Positions 38,800-46,386 of a stretch of DNA of 64,000 nt are shown piece by piece (the stretch's first letter is position 1; every line of letters begins with the position of its first letter). A program made the position numbers and the translations under genes. Below the pieces are notes generated by a model that saw only the letters and a list, made by a program, of their open reading frames with translations, was not told the origin of the DNA and ran no database searches. This stretch comes from Dehalococcoidia bacterium (GTDB taxonomy: Bacteria > Chloroflexota > Dehalococcoidia > Lucifugimonadales > UBA3495). Location of the stretch: assembly GCA_965237595.1 (NCBI GenBank), contig CBDEFY010000007.1, positions 836,411-900,410 of the forward strand, read 5' to 3'.

Positions 38800-38903
38800 T
38801 GACGTGTCGCCTGACGTGTCAGGAAGAAAAATGGGAATCTATGCTAAAGTACAGGGACACTAGAATTGCACTTTTGCAACCCCATGAGGAGGGGTGACGT
38901 GTC
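38800..38903 (+). promoter_or_regulatory. three copies of TGACGTGTC around the leader of the HTH gene
   Basis: Copies at 38800..38808, 38812..38820 (tandem, 12-bp period, overlapping a TTGACG hexamer) and 38895..38903 (23 nt before ATG 38926). A TAGAAT box lies at 38861. Confidence 0.4.
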
Positions 38904-38925
38904 AGCCGATAGGGAAGGAAAACCG

Positions 38926-39390
38926 ATGGATGAGCCTGTCCGCTGGGTCACGAAAGCGGAGGCGGCGCAGGAGCTGGAGATATCCCTGTCCACCCTGGAC
39001 AGGAAGATCAGGAAGGGAGAGGTCGAGGTTGCCAGGGAAGGCAGCCGGGTCTACGTCCGGATGCACGGGCCGGAGTATCTGAGCGACGAGGAGATGCTGC
39101 GCCGGGCCATCGCCAAGGAGGATGAGCTTGAGCGGACCGTGCGGGAGTTGGAGCGAAACGCATCCGAGTTGAAGCTTAGAGCATCTGAGCTGGAGCGGCA
39201 GCGGGACGAGGCCAGGGAGTCCGCATCCGCCAGCAGACGGCCATACGAGGAGCTGGAGAAGGCGTACCGGAAGGAGACCGCCGCGACTAAGGAGACGAAG
39301 GAGCTGCTCAACATGGTCCGCGTGACCGCCGTCGTGCTGTTGGTGCTGCTGGTCGGTAGCGTTCTCGTGTGGTGGCTTGTGCTGACGTAG
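38926..39390 (+). CDS. membrane-anchored HTH (excisionase/MerR-like) coiled-coil protein
   Basis: MDEPVRWVTKAEAAQELEISLSTLDRKIRKGEVEV (HTH), then an ELERTVRELERNASELKLRASELERQRDEARE coiled coil, then a C-terminal TM VTAVVLLVLLVGSVLVWWLVL. Confidence 0.7.
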   Translation: MDEPVRWVTKAEAAQELEISLSTLDRKIRKGEVEVAREGSRVYVRMHGPEYLSDEEMLRRAIAKEDELERTVRELERNASELKLRASELERQRDEARESASASRRPYEELEKAYRKETAATKETKELLNMVRVTAVVLLVLLVGSVLVWWLVLT

Positions 39391-39445
39391 GAGGACCTGT
39401 CGGCCTTCACCCCCTGCCCGCTGAGTCTCTTTCGAATCAGTTTCG

Positions 39446-40213
39446 CTACTTGAACGTCGACGCGTCCTCGCCCACCCACTTGATAATGAGCGCATTCAGT
39501 GACCCGTCAGCCTTCATCGACTCTAAAGCCTCGTTGAGGCTTCCCTTCAGGTCGCTGTCCTTGCGGACGCCAATTCCGAGACCCCGGTCCAGCAGTATAG
39601 ATGGGCCAACAATCGCCAGTTGGCCCTCGTACTCCGCAAGTTTCTCCACGCCATAGCCGTGGTCCACGAGGACGGCATCCACCTCGCCGTTGAGCACCGC
39701 GTCTACGGCGTCTATCGATCCGTCAAGCGACACGAACGGCCTCCCCAACTCCGTGAAGTAGTCGGAGTATATGGTGTTCGCGGTAACTCCTATCGTGCCT
39801 TGGGCGGCTTCGTCGCCCGCGCCAGCCCCAGCCACGTACACGGAGGGGGTTGGCGGGTAGTAGGCTTCCGTAAAGTCGATCAGCTCCTCACGTATTGCGG
39901 TGATGCTCATGCCGGCGAGGATCGCATCGAACTCTTCCGCCACGAGGTCGGGAATCATCGTCTCCCATTCGTTCAGGACCCACTCGCACTCCAAATCGGC
40001 GCGTCGGCACAGCTCGTCCCCCAGGTCACGCTCAAGGCCGTCTATTTCGCCCTCGTCGTTGATGAAGTCGAAGGGATGGTAGTTGCCGACAGTGGCTATC
40101 GCCACCGCGTCCGCACCCCCGCATGCGGCCAGCAAAGGCATGAGCGCCGCCGCCAAAAGAAGCGCAGCAAGCACGTGTACGAACCGGCCTTCTAAGGTCA
40201 ACCCCCGTCTCAC
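39446..40213 (-). CDS. amino-acid ABC transporter substrate-binding lipoprotein (family 3), orphan
   Basis: Lipobox LLAACGG. NYHPFDFINDEGEIDGLERDLGDELCRRADLECEWV...DAILAGMSIT...IDFT. No permease or ATPase gene nearby. Confidence 0.85.
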   Translation of the reverse strand: MRRGLTLEGRFVHVLAALLLAAALMPLLAACGGADAVAIATVGNYHPFDFINDEGEIDGLERDLGDELCRRADLECEWVLNEWETMIPDLVAEEFDAILAGMSITAIREELIDFTEAYYPPTPSVYVAGAGAGDEAAQGTIGVTANTIYSDYFTELGRPFVSLDGSIDAVDAVLNGEVDAVLVDHGYGVEKLAEYEGQLAIVGPSILLDRGLGIGVRKDSDLKGSLNEALESMKADGSLNALIIKWVGEDASTFK

Positions 40214-40590
40214 TTGAGCAAGCCTCCATGATGCGCAGGCTTGGGTCGTCGTCGGGATAATTTGGTGACGTTCCGTGTGGGCGTCACCTCTTGCAAAACA
40301 ATACACGTCCGCAACCCGGACGTTCAAGGGGCAGTCTCAAAAGCTCGAAAGTCTGCTCAAGAGGAGTCCGTTGTTGGACTACATCACGATCACTGTGGAT
40401 GATGCGTCAACGTCTTCGAGGAGGGCGAGGAGCGCCCTTACCAGCCGCGTAACCGGACGTACTGCACCGGCCCACATCCATCGCCGTTTGCGCCGTGTTT
40501 TCCAACCGACCCGCCGCTTTGCCGACCTGTCTGCACCCCACCATCAATCGGGTTTCAGCCTTTCAGTCCGGAATGCAGCCTTAACTCGAA

Positions 40591-40700
40591 GTGTTGGCCG
40601 TCCACGTCCTGTAGCGGGGCGTTTACCGCTGTGCCAAGTACGAAATCGCGCCTTCCGACGCTTCGCTGCCAAACTCAAACTGCTGTACACCCCCTGCACA
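40591..40700 (+). repeat. repeat-module copy beta (about 110 nt)
   Basis: GTGTTGGCCGTCCACGTCCTGTAG-CGGGGCGTTT..GTACGAAATCGCGCC..-42 nt-CTGTACACCCCC. About 75-80% identical to copy gamma over the first 60 nt. Confidence 0.6.
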
Positions 40701-40734
40701 GGGCGGACGACCTCCATTTCGGCTGGACTTGCAA

Positions 40735-40754
40735 GGTGCATCACGTGATGCACC
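40735..40754. promoter_or_regulatory. perfect 20-bp palindrome (operator-like)
   Basis: GGTGCATCAC|GTGATGCACC, about 35 nt downstream of repeat module beta. Confidence 0.5.
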
Positions 40755-41256
40755 TCATGGGGGATATGCGAACCATCCCGCCCGGCCATACGGGAAGGTG
40801 AACGCCACGGTCGGCGCCGACATGCTTCGCGATGCAACTGGCGAGGCGTCAATAATCAGGGTCGAACCACCCGTGATCAGCAACCCGGGACCACGTCGAC
40901 AGGTGAGTGACTAATCCGGGCGTCGGATTCGTCAATGATCCGCAACCAAACGACCGAGCGGGTCAACCTAACCTGGGATTGACATGTCGATACTCTGATT
41001 CCCCGTCTCAGACTCCACGACGCGGTTGACGCGCCAGACGTTTCAGGCGTGCCCATGCCCCTCAACCTCGCTCTCATCTACGACTCGAACCCCGGTTTCC
41101 GCCTTCACGCTCCCGTACAAAATTGTCAGCTTCAGCTATGGATTTCACAGCCTTTTGTTCACCGAGCCGCTCTCCGCCGCAAACAAAAATGCCCGGATCA
41201 GCTATGGATCACTCATGGACTTGTATCCATCTGGTGGAACGTGCCCTTCCGACAAA

Positions 41257-41365
41257 GTGTTCACTGTTCACGTCCTGTAGAGGGCCGTTTCCCACTGTTT
41301 CAGCTGCGAAATGGCCCGACATGCAAATTTGTAACCAAAGTCAAATCCCTGTACACGCCCCCCGC
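41257..41365 (+). repeat. repeat-module copy gamma
   Basis: GTGTTCACTGTTCACGTCCTGTAG-AGGGCCGTTTC-ccactgtTTCAGCTGC-GAAATGGCCC-..42 nt..-CTGTACACGCCCCCC. 10-bp stem. Confidence 0.6.
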
Positions 41366-41827
41366 ATCCCGGAAGGCGCTCATGTCGTCGGACCTTATAA
41401 GGGGTCACATGAGTGTGCGGTCTCATGGGAGGTTACGTACGACTTCTCGATTGTTGACACTGGAAGGCGGACTCCGGAGCTGACGTCGCCGCCCTACTCC
41501 GCAGAGCAGCGGGAGACGCTCCGGCGCGGGCTGCGCATCCTGGCCCAGATGATCGTACGCGCCCATCTGCGGAGGCAGGTGTCCCAGTCCGGGGCTGCGC
41601 GCCGGAGTCGCCTGCGGAGGCCGAGGACGAAGACTGAGTAGCTCACCGCCTCGACTTCCGCCCTTCGGCTCCCGTTCGTCCTGTCCCCACGCCCAATTGA
41701 CAAAGTGCAATTCTCAAAGCTGGCACTGTCCCCTCCCACCCGATTCCTCTGATTGCCAAAATGCAATTTCCAAAGCTGCGATTGTCCAGTAGGGGTGGAA
41801 GGAACCCCGGAATCAAATTGCTCGTTG

Positions 41828-41920
41828 CGATGTAGCAGACAGCCTCATTCACCTCGATTTCAGCTACGGAATCGCTCAACCTGCAACTTGCCGCCTCACC
41901 CATTCTCCTGTACACGGGTA
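41828..41920 (+). repeat. repeat-module copy delta (diverged)
   Basis: CGATTTC-AGCTAC-GGAATCG hairpin (41855..41874) and CCTGTACAC 41 nt downstream (41907..41915). Confidence 0.5.
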
Positions 41921-42055
41921 ACACACCCCGAACGGTCCCACGATTCTCGTGCCCCGTGAGGAGGGGCTGTGCGCGAGCCCTGCTTGGCCCGTTTCAGCCC
42001 TCGTAGCGGCCATGCACCCCTTGCGTCAAGGTATCCTATGGCCTACAATAGGGCG

Positions 42056-42348
42056 ATGGTCGAGATTCGCCAGACTGCGGTCTACGCCCGCTGGTTCAGG
42101 CGTCTTCGGGACAGGGAGGTGAGGCGTGCAAATCGACAGCCGCACCCGGCGGTTGTCCCTGGGCAGCCCCGGCGACGTGAGTTCGGTGGGCGAAGGGGTT
42201 TCCGAGATTCACATCGACTACGGACCCGGCTACCGGGTGTACTTCGTGCAGCGGGGGGAAGCCCTGGTCGTCCTTCTGGCCGGAGGCGACAAGGACAGCC
42301 TAGGAGCGTGACATTCGAAGGGCGCTGGAGCTGGCCAGTGGACTGTAG
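42056..42348 (+). pseudogene. RelE/ParE-superfamily 'addiction module killer' (HigB-like) toxin with two +1 frameshifts
   Basis: MVEIRQTAVYARWFRRLRDREV / (A)QIDSRTRRLSLGSPGDVSSVGEGVSEIHIDYGPGYRVYFVQRGEALVVLLAGGDKDS / ERDIRRALELASGL-stop. Three frames. 293 nt is 97 codons plus 2 nt. Confidence 0.75.
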
Positions 42349-42360
42349 GGGGCAGCAGAT

Positions 42361-42711
42361 ATGGCAAGGACGCAGGCAAGGCCGTGGGACCCGGCGGAGC
42401 ATCTGGAGACCGGGGAGGACATGGCCGCCTACCTGAACGTCGCCCTAGAAGAGAGAGACCTGAGCCTGATCATGGCGACCCTGGGGGACATCGCCCGCGC
42501 CCGCAAGATGGCGATAGTGGCGGAAGAGACCGGGCTGGGCAGGGAGAGCCTCTACAAGTCGCTGTCCGCCGACGGCAACCCGGAGTTCGCCACCGTGCTC
42601 AAGGTGGTGCGCGCCCTGGGACTCCGGCTTCGAGCGACCGCAGTGCCCGGAGCAATCGGCGAACAGGATACCCGGTCTTCGGCTCTGCCCCAGGAGTCGT
42701 CGCCGATCTGA
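42361..42711 (+). CDS. higA: HigA-family addiction-module antidote protein (HTH)
   Basis: WDPAEHLETGEDMAAYLNVALEE...IARARKMAIVAEETGLGRESLYKSLSADGNPEFATVLKVVRALGLRL. Confidence 0.85.
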   Translation: MARTQARPWDPAEHLETGEDMAAYLNVALEERDLSLIMATLGDIARARKMAIVAEETGLGRESLYKSLSADGNPEFATVLKVVRALGLRLRATAVPGAIGEQDTRSSALPQESSPI

Positions 42712-42761
42712 ACAGGAGGACGTTGGATGGCGTCCGGCTTCACTACGCGATGGAGGTGAAC

Positions 42762-43499
42762 GTGAAAATGGTCAGACTGGTCTTTGCGATTGCCGTTCTC
42801 ATGTCCTTGTGCCTGTCGTGCATCGGAGGACCCGAAGTCGTCAGGATGGGCACGGAGGGAGCCTATCCCCCCTACAACTTCATCAACGACGAGGGCGAGG
42901 TCGACGGGTTCGAGCGTGAGCTGGGCGACGAGCTGTGCCGGCGGGCCGATCTGGAATGCGTCTGGGTGACCAACGAATGGGACAGCATCATACCCAACCT
43001 GGTGGAGGGCAAGTACGACACCATCATAGCGGGAATGAGCATCACCGATGAGCGGGACGAGGTCATCGACTTCACGCAGCCGTACATCCCGCCCAGTCCA
43101 TCGGTATACATCGCCCTGGCAGGGGCCAGTGACGAAGCGGTTGCCGGTAGAGTGGCCGCCCAGGTGTCCACCATCCAGGCGGACTACCTGTCGGAATCCG
43201 GCGCAACGCTGGTGGAGTACGAGTTGGCCGAAGATGTCTTTTCGGCCGTCCTGAGAGGCGAGGCGGATGCGACGCTGGTCGATATCGGGTTCGCCCACGA
43301 GTACATGACGAAGAGCGGAGAGGGACTGGCAATCGTCGGTCCCCAGGTGATGCTCGACGCCGGTACCGGCGTCGGCGTCCGGGAGTCCGACGGCGCGTTG
43401 AAAGACAAGCTGGACCGGGCCATCGACGCCATGAAAGAGGACGGCTCATTGAATGCCCTCATCGAGAAGTGGTTCGGCCCGGACGCCGAGACGTTCTAA
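42762..43499 (+). CDS. amino-acid ABC transporter substrate-binding lipoprotein (family 3), orphan paralog
   Basis: VKMVRLVFAIAVLMSLCLSCIGG. AYPPYNFINDEGEVDGFERELGDELCRRADLECVWV. By-eye alignment suggests roughly half the residues match 39446..40213. GTG 42762 lies 5 nt behind GGAGG. Confidence 0.85.
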   Translation: MKMVRLVFAIAVLMSLCLSCIGGPEVVRMGTEGAYPPYNFINDEGEVDGFERELGDELCRRADLECVWVTNEWDSIIPNLVEGKYDTIIAGMSITDERDEVIDFTQPYIPPSPSVYIALAGASDEAVAGRVAAQVSTIQADYLSESGATLVEYELAEDVFSAVLRGEADATLVDIGFAHEYMTKSGEGLAIVGPQVMLDAGTGVGVRESDGALKDKLDRAIDAMKEDGSLNALIEKWFGPDAETF

Positions 43500-43611
43500 C
43501 GGGCGTTGCAGTTGGCCGGACTGGCGGATTGAACGACGCGACCGAAGGACAAGCCATTGCGGAGGAGGACGACATGAGGAAACGCCTGGCTCTCCCGCTC
43601 ACGGTATTGTT

Positions 43612-44001
43612 TCACATCCGCCGCGTCTTGCTGATGACCTCAATGAGCCGGTAGCCGTACCTCGATGCATCCTGGGGCGGCTCTTCCTGGTCCGGCCAGG
43701 CGTCATACCGCTCCACCTTGAGCAGATAGTCGAATCCCTCAACGTAGTCGAAACCTTCTATTGCGTCGTAGAAGAGCTCGCCGTTGACCACCATGCATCT
43801 CATGGGCGCCACTCCAACGCAGTCCCTGAGCTCCGGCCCAACCGCAAACTCAATTATCTCGCTGTCATCCGAAGAGGCGCAGGACACGGAGACCAGAACC
43901 ATAAGCATGACGGCCAGCACTGCGATCAGCGCTTTGCAGGAAGGAAACCGTGTTGGCCTGTCGGCCGGGCCAACGCGGCGAGGCGGCCTTGCATTGATCA
44001 T
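43612..44001 (-). CDS. DUF4377-like lipoprotein
   Basis: Signal and lipobox LMVLVSVSCAS. CVGVAPMRCMVVNGELFYDAIEGFDYVEGFDYLLKVERY. ATG 44001 sits behind GAGAGGTGG. Confidence 0.7.
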   Translation of the reverse strand: MINARPPRRVGPADRPTRFPSCKALIAVLAVMLMVLVSVSCASSDDSEIIEFAVGPELRDCVGVAPMRCMVVNGELFYDAIEGFDYVEGFDYLLKVERYDAWPDQEEPPQDASRYGYRLIEVISKTRRM

Positions 44002-44282
44002 ATTCCACCTCTCTGACAATAGCTGATATGTGTATTCAATATTACACAATCCGGCCCCAATCGGGCTTATCGTTCAAATGGAAAGGGGAAAGCGGGGCGG
44101 CTCTCCCCTTTCTCGTTGTCAGGACGGTTGCCGGGGCGACTTCCCGGCTGCCAGTCAACGACGCCTTGGTCTGTAGACCGTCAGCGATAATGGGACACAT
44201 ATAAGGGTAGGAAAACCCGAGAGTGGGAGGGTGGTGTGAGCTCCTGAAATGAGGGTAGAGTTACCCACAGAAAGGAGCAGAT

Positions 44283-44690
44283 GTGTCCCAATTAGAAGTA
44301 AGCAAAGCAGAGGCCGCCGAGGAACGAAGCGAGCAGACCAGGTCTTTCGTCCGTACAGTGAAGGCGGCTGCCCGACGTAAGTACACCTCCGAAGACAAGA
44401 TCCGAATTGTTCTGGAGGGCTTCCGCCGCGAGGTCACAGTCAACGACCTGTGCCGGCGGGAGGGGATCAAGCCCCACTCCTACTACTCGTGGACCAAAGA
44501 GTTCATGGAGGCGGGCAAGGAGAGGTTGACCCGTGACTCGGTTCGGGACGCCACTCAGCATGAGGTAGGGCAGCTCAAGCGAGAGAACGGGGAACTCAAG
44601 GAGCTAGTGGCCGATCTGTCGCTGGAGGCGTACCGTCTCAAAAAAACGGCCATCCCCGTGCCCCAGGACGCCACCGGTACCAGCGGATGA
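44283..44690 (+). CDS. IS3-family transposase OrfA (copy C)
   Basis: Identical 135-aa product. Confidence 0.9.
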   Translation: MSQLEVSKAEAAEERSEQTRSFVRTVKAAARRKYTSEDKIRIVLEGFRREVTVNDLCRREGIKPHSYYSWTKEFMEAGKERLTRDSVRDATQHEVGQLKRENGELKELVADLSLEAYRLKKTAIPVPQDATGTSG

Positions 44691-45673
44691 GCGCCCCGGA
44701 GAAGGCAGAGGTAGTTACCAAAGTATCCTCGTCTCCCCTCCCCAAGCGAAAGGTCCTCAGAGAGCTGGGCATCCCTAAGAGCACCTACTACCGGTGGCTC
44801 AGACGCCAAGACCAACAAGGACTTGAGGACCGACCAGGAGGCGATCAGGCACCATGGAACCGTCTTACTATTCAGGAAGAACGCTCAGTCCTGTTATCAG
44901 CCAGAGAGATGCCAGAGCTGAGCTGCCGTCAGCTGGCCGCGTGGATCACCGACAACCAGGGCTTCTCAGTCTCAGAGTCCAGCGTCTACCGTATCCTGGG
45001 CAGGGAGGGCCTAGTGAAGCGGCCTGAGATGCGGTTGGCCGCGGGGAAGGAGTACCACCGCAAGACCACAGGACCTCACCAGATGTGGGCCACCGATGCC
45101 TCATACTTCAGGGTGGTTGGTTGGGGCTACTACTACCTGGTCACCGTTATGGACGACTACTCCCGCTTCATCCTGGCTCACAGGCTTCAGCAAGATATGA
45201 CGGCCGACTCCTTCATCGAGGTGGTCCAGGATGCAGTGGACACGACCAGCATGGACCAAGTTCCAGTCACAGACCGCACCAGGCTGCTGAGTGACAACGG
45301 TCCAGGCTATGTCTAAAGAGCATTCAGGGACTACCTGGGGATGGTTGGCATCAAGCACATCCTAGCAACTCCTTTCCACCCTCAGACCAACGGGAAGCTG
45401 GAGCGCTACCACCAGACCATCAAACGGGACGTCAACCAGGTGCCTTATGAGTTGCCCGCCGACCTTGAGGCTGCTATCGCGGCCTTCGTCAGCTACTACA
45501 ACTACCGGCGCTATCACAAGGCTCTGGGCAACGTGACACCATCAGACGTGCTCAAGGGAAGACGGCAAGAGATCCTACAACGCAGGAAGGAGGTGAAGGC
45601 TCAAACCACCGAACGGCGACGACGCTACAACAGGGCCCTCAGGGAGCTCACCAGACCTCCATCCAGCCCCTGA
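44687..45673 (+). CDS. IS3-family transposase OrfB with the same in-frame TAA (45314..45316)
   Basis: ORFs 44687..45316 and 45341..45673 share one frame. Confidence 0.8.
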
Positions 45674-45802
45674 TCTCTCGGCTCCCAATGTGTCCCACTT
45701 TTGCTGGTTGCTAACACGCCCCCAGTAGTTGAACGTCATTGAATTGAGGTACAACTGGTGTATTCTGCCGGCATTGGCGAATTGTATCCAAGGAGAGGGG
45801 TC

Positions 45803-46020
45803 GTGCCGGCTAAGAAGTACCGTATCGAACTGACCACGGAAGAGCAACAGGAACTGAAGGCCCTGGCTTCCAAGGGACGGGCAGCAGCGTACAAGCAGAC
45901 CCATGCACGCATCCTGTTGCTGAGCGATGAAGTCCGGAAAGACGGAGGCCTGACGGACGAAGAGGTTACCCGGTCCCTCGAGATCGCCAGCGCCACAGTG
46001 GAACGTGTCAAGGGCGGCGA
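45803..46020 (+). pseudogene. IS630-family transposase, N-terminal HTH fragment
   Basis: VPAKKYRIELTTEEQQELKALASKGRAAAYKQTHARILLLSDE...GLTDEEVTRSLEIASATVERV, then homology is lost. Confidence 0.65.
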
Positions 46021-46024
46021 AGGA

Positions 46025-46327
46025 CTACGGCAGACCTCGCTCAAGTTCATCTCCGACTTCTCCGACTTCGCCAACTGGGACAACGCGGCCAAAGCGGCGT
46101 ACCTGGAAACCGGACTGGGACCGGCACGGGCCGCCCCACCCGGAGGAGACACCGCTGGTGGTGGACCCCTTCGCCAGCGATCTCAACCCGGCGCTAACGA
46201 GCGGCCACACGACGATCGCGGCGCTGAACCAGAGGAAGCCAGCGTCTCGAGTGAGGCGGTACTTCCAGAAGAGTGCAACGGCGATCGCAATAAACACGAT
46301 CACGTTGAGTAACAAAACTATAAGCAT
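46025..46327 (-). CDS. possible small two-TM membrane protein (C-terminus doubtful)
   Basis: MLIVLLLNVIVFIAIAVALFWKYRLTRDAGFLWFSAAIVVWPLVSAGL... The tail overlaps the IS630 scrap and looks non-native. Confidence 0.3.
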   Translation of the reverse strand: MLIVLLLNVIVFIAIAVALFWKYRLTRDAGFLWFSAAIVVWPLVSAGLRSLAKGSTTSGVSSGWGGPCRSQSGFQVRRFGRVVPVGEVGEVGDELERGLP

Positions 46328-46386
46328 GTCGACACCTCGCTGACTCGGGTCACCTCGAACTTGCTAACCCACATCTCTACAGCCAC

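Larger units (their letters stand above)
44172..45716 (+). mobile_element. IS3-family IS, 1545 bp, copy C
   Basis: Same termini and same ORFs as copy A. I noticed only two substitutions (near 44224 and 45232). No flanking direct repeat. Confidence 0.9.

Noticed and set aside
41123-41641. The 172-aa ORF whose tail (…SPPYSAEQRETLRRGLRILAQMIVRAHLRR…) looks protein-like.
   Set aside because: Most of the ORF runs through repeat module gamma and has no plausible start or RBS. At most a short C-terminal peptide could be real, so it was left unannotated.
40591-41920. The repeat modules as integron attC sites (571-666-bp spacing, small ORFs and a TA pair between them) or as a CRISPR array.
   Set aside because: There are no RYYYAAC/GTTRRRY boundary motifs, no intI, and the unit ends are not inverted repeats. 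The units are far too long and too widely and unevenly spaced for CRISPR, and no cas genes are present.
31358-44171. Joining the left flank of IS copy C (…VNDALV) to the right flank of copy B (IDYAERR…) reads like a continuous response-regulator linker. This suggested that the 12.8-kb block is a circularly permuted unit.
   Set aside because: Both flanks abut the same (IRL) end of the IS, and there is no target duplication. The sequence upstream of …DALV shows no receiver domain. The match is only ~4-6 residues and is probably coincidence.
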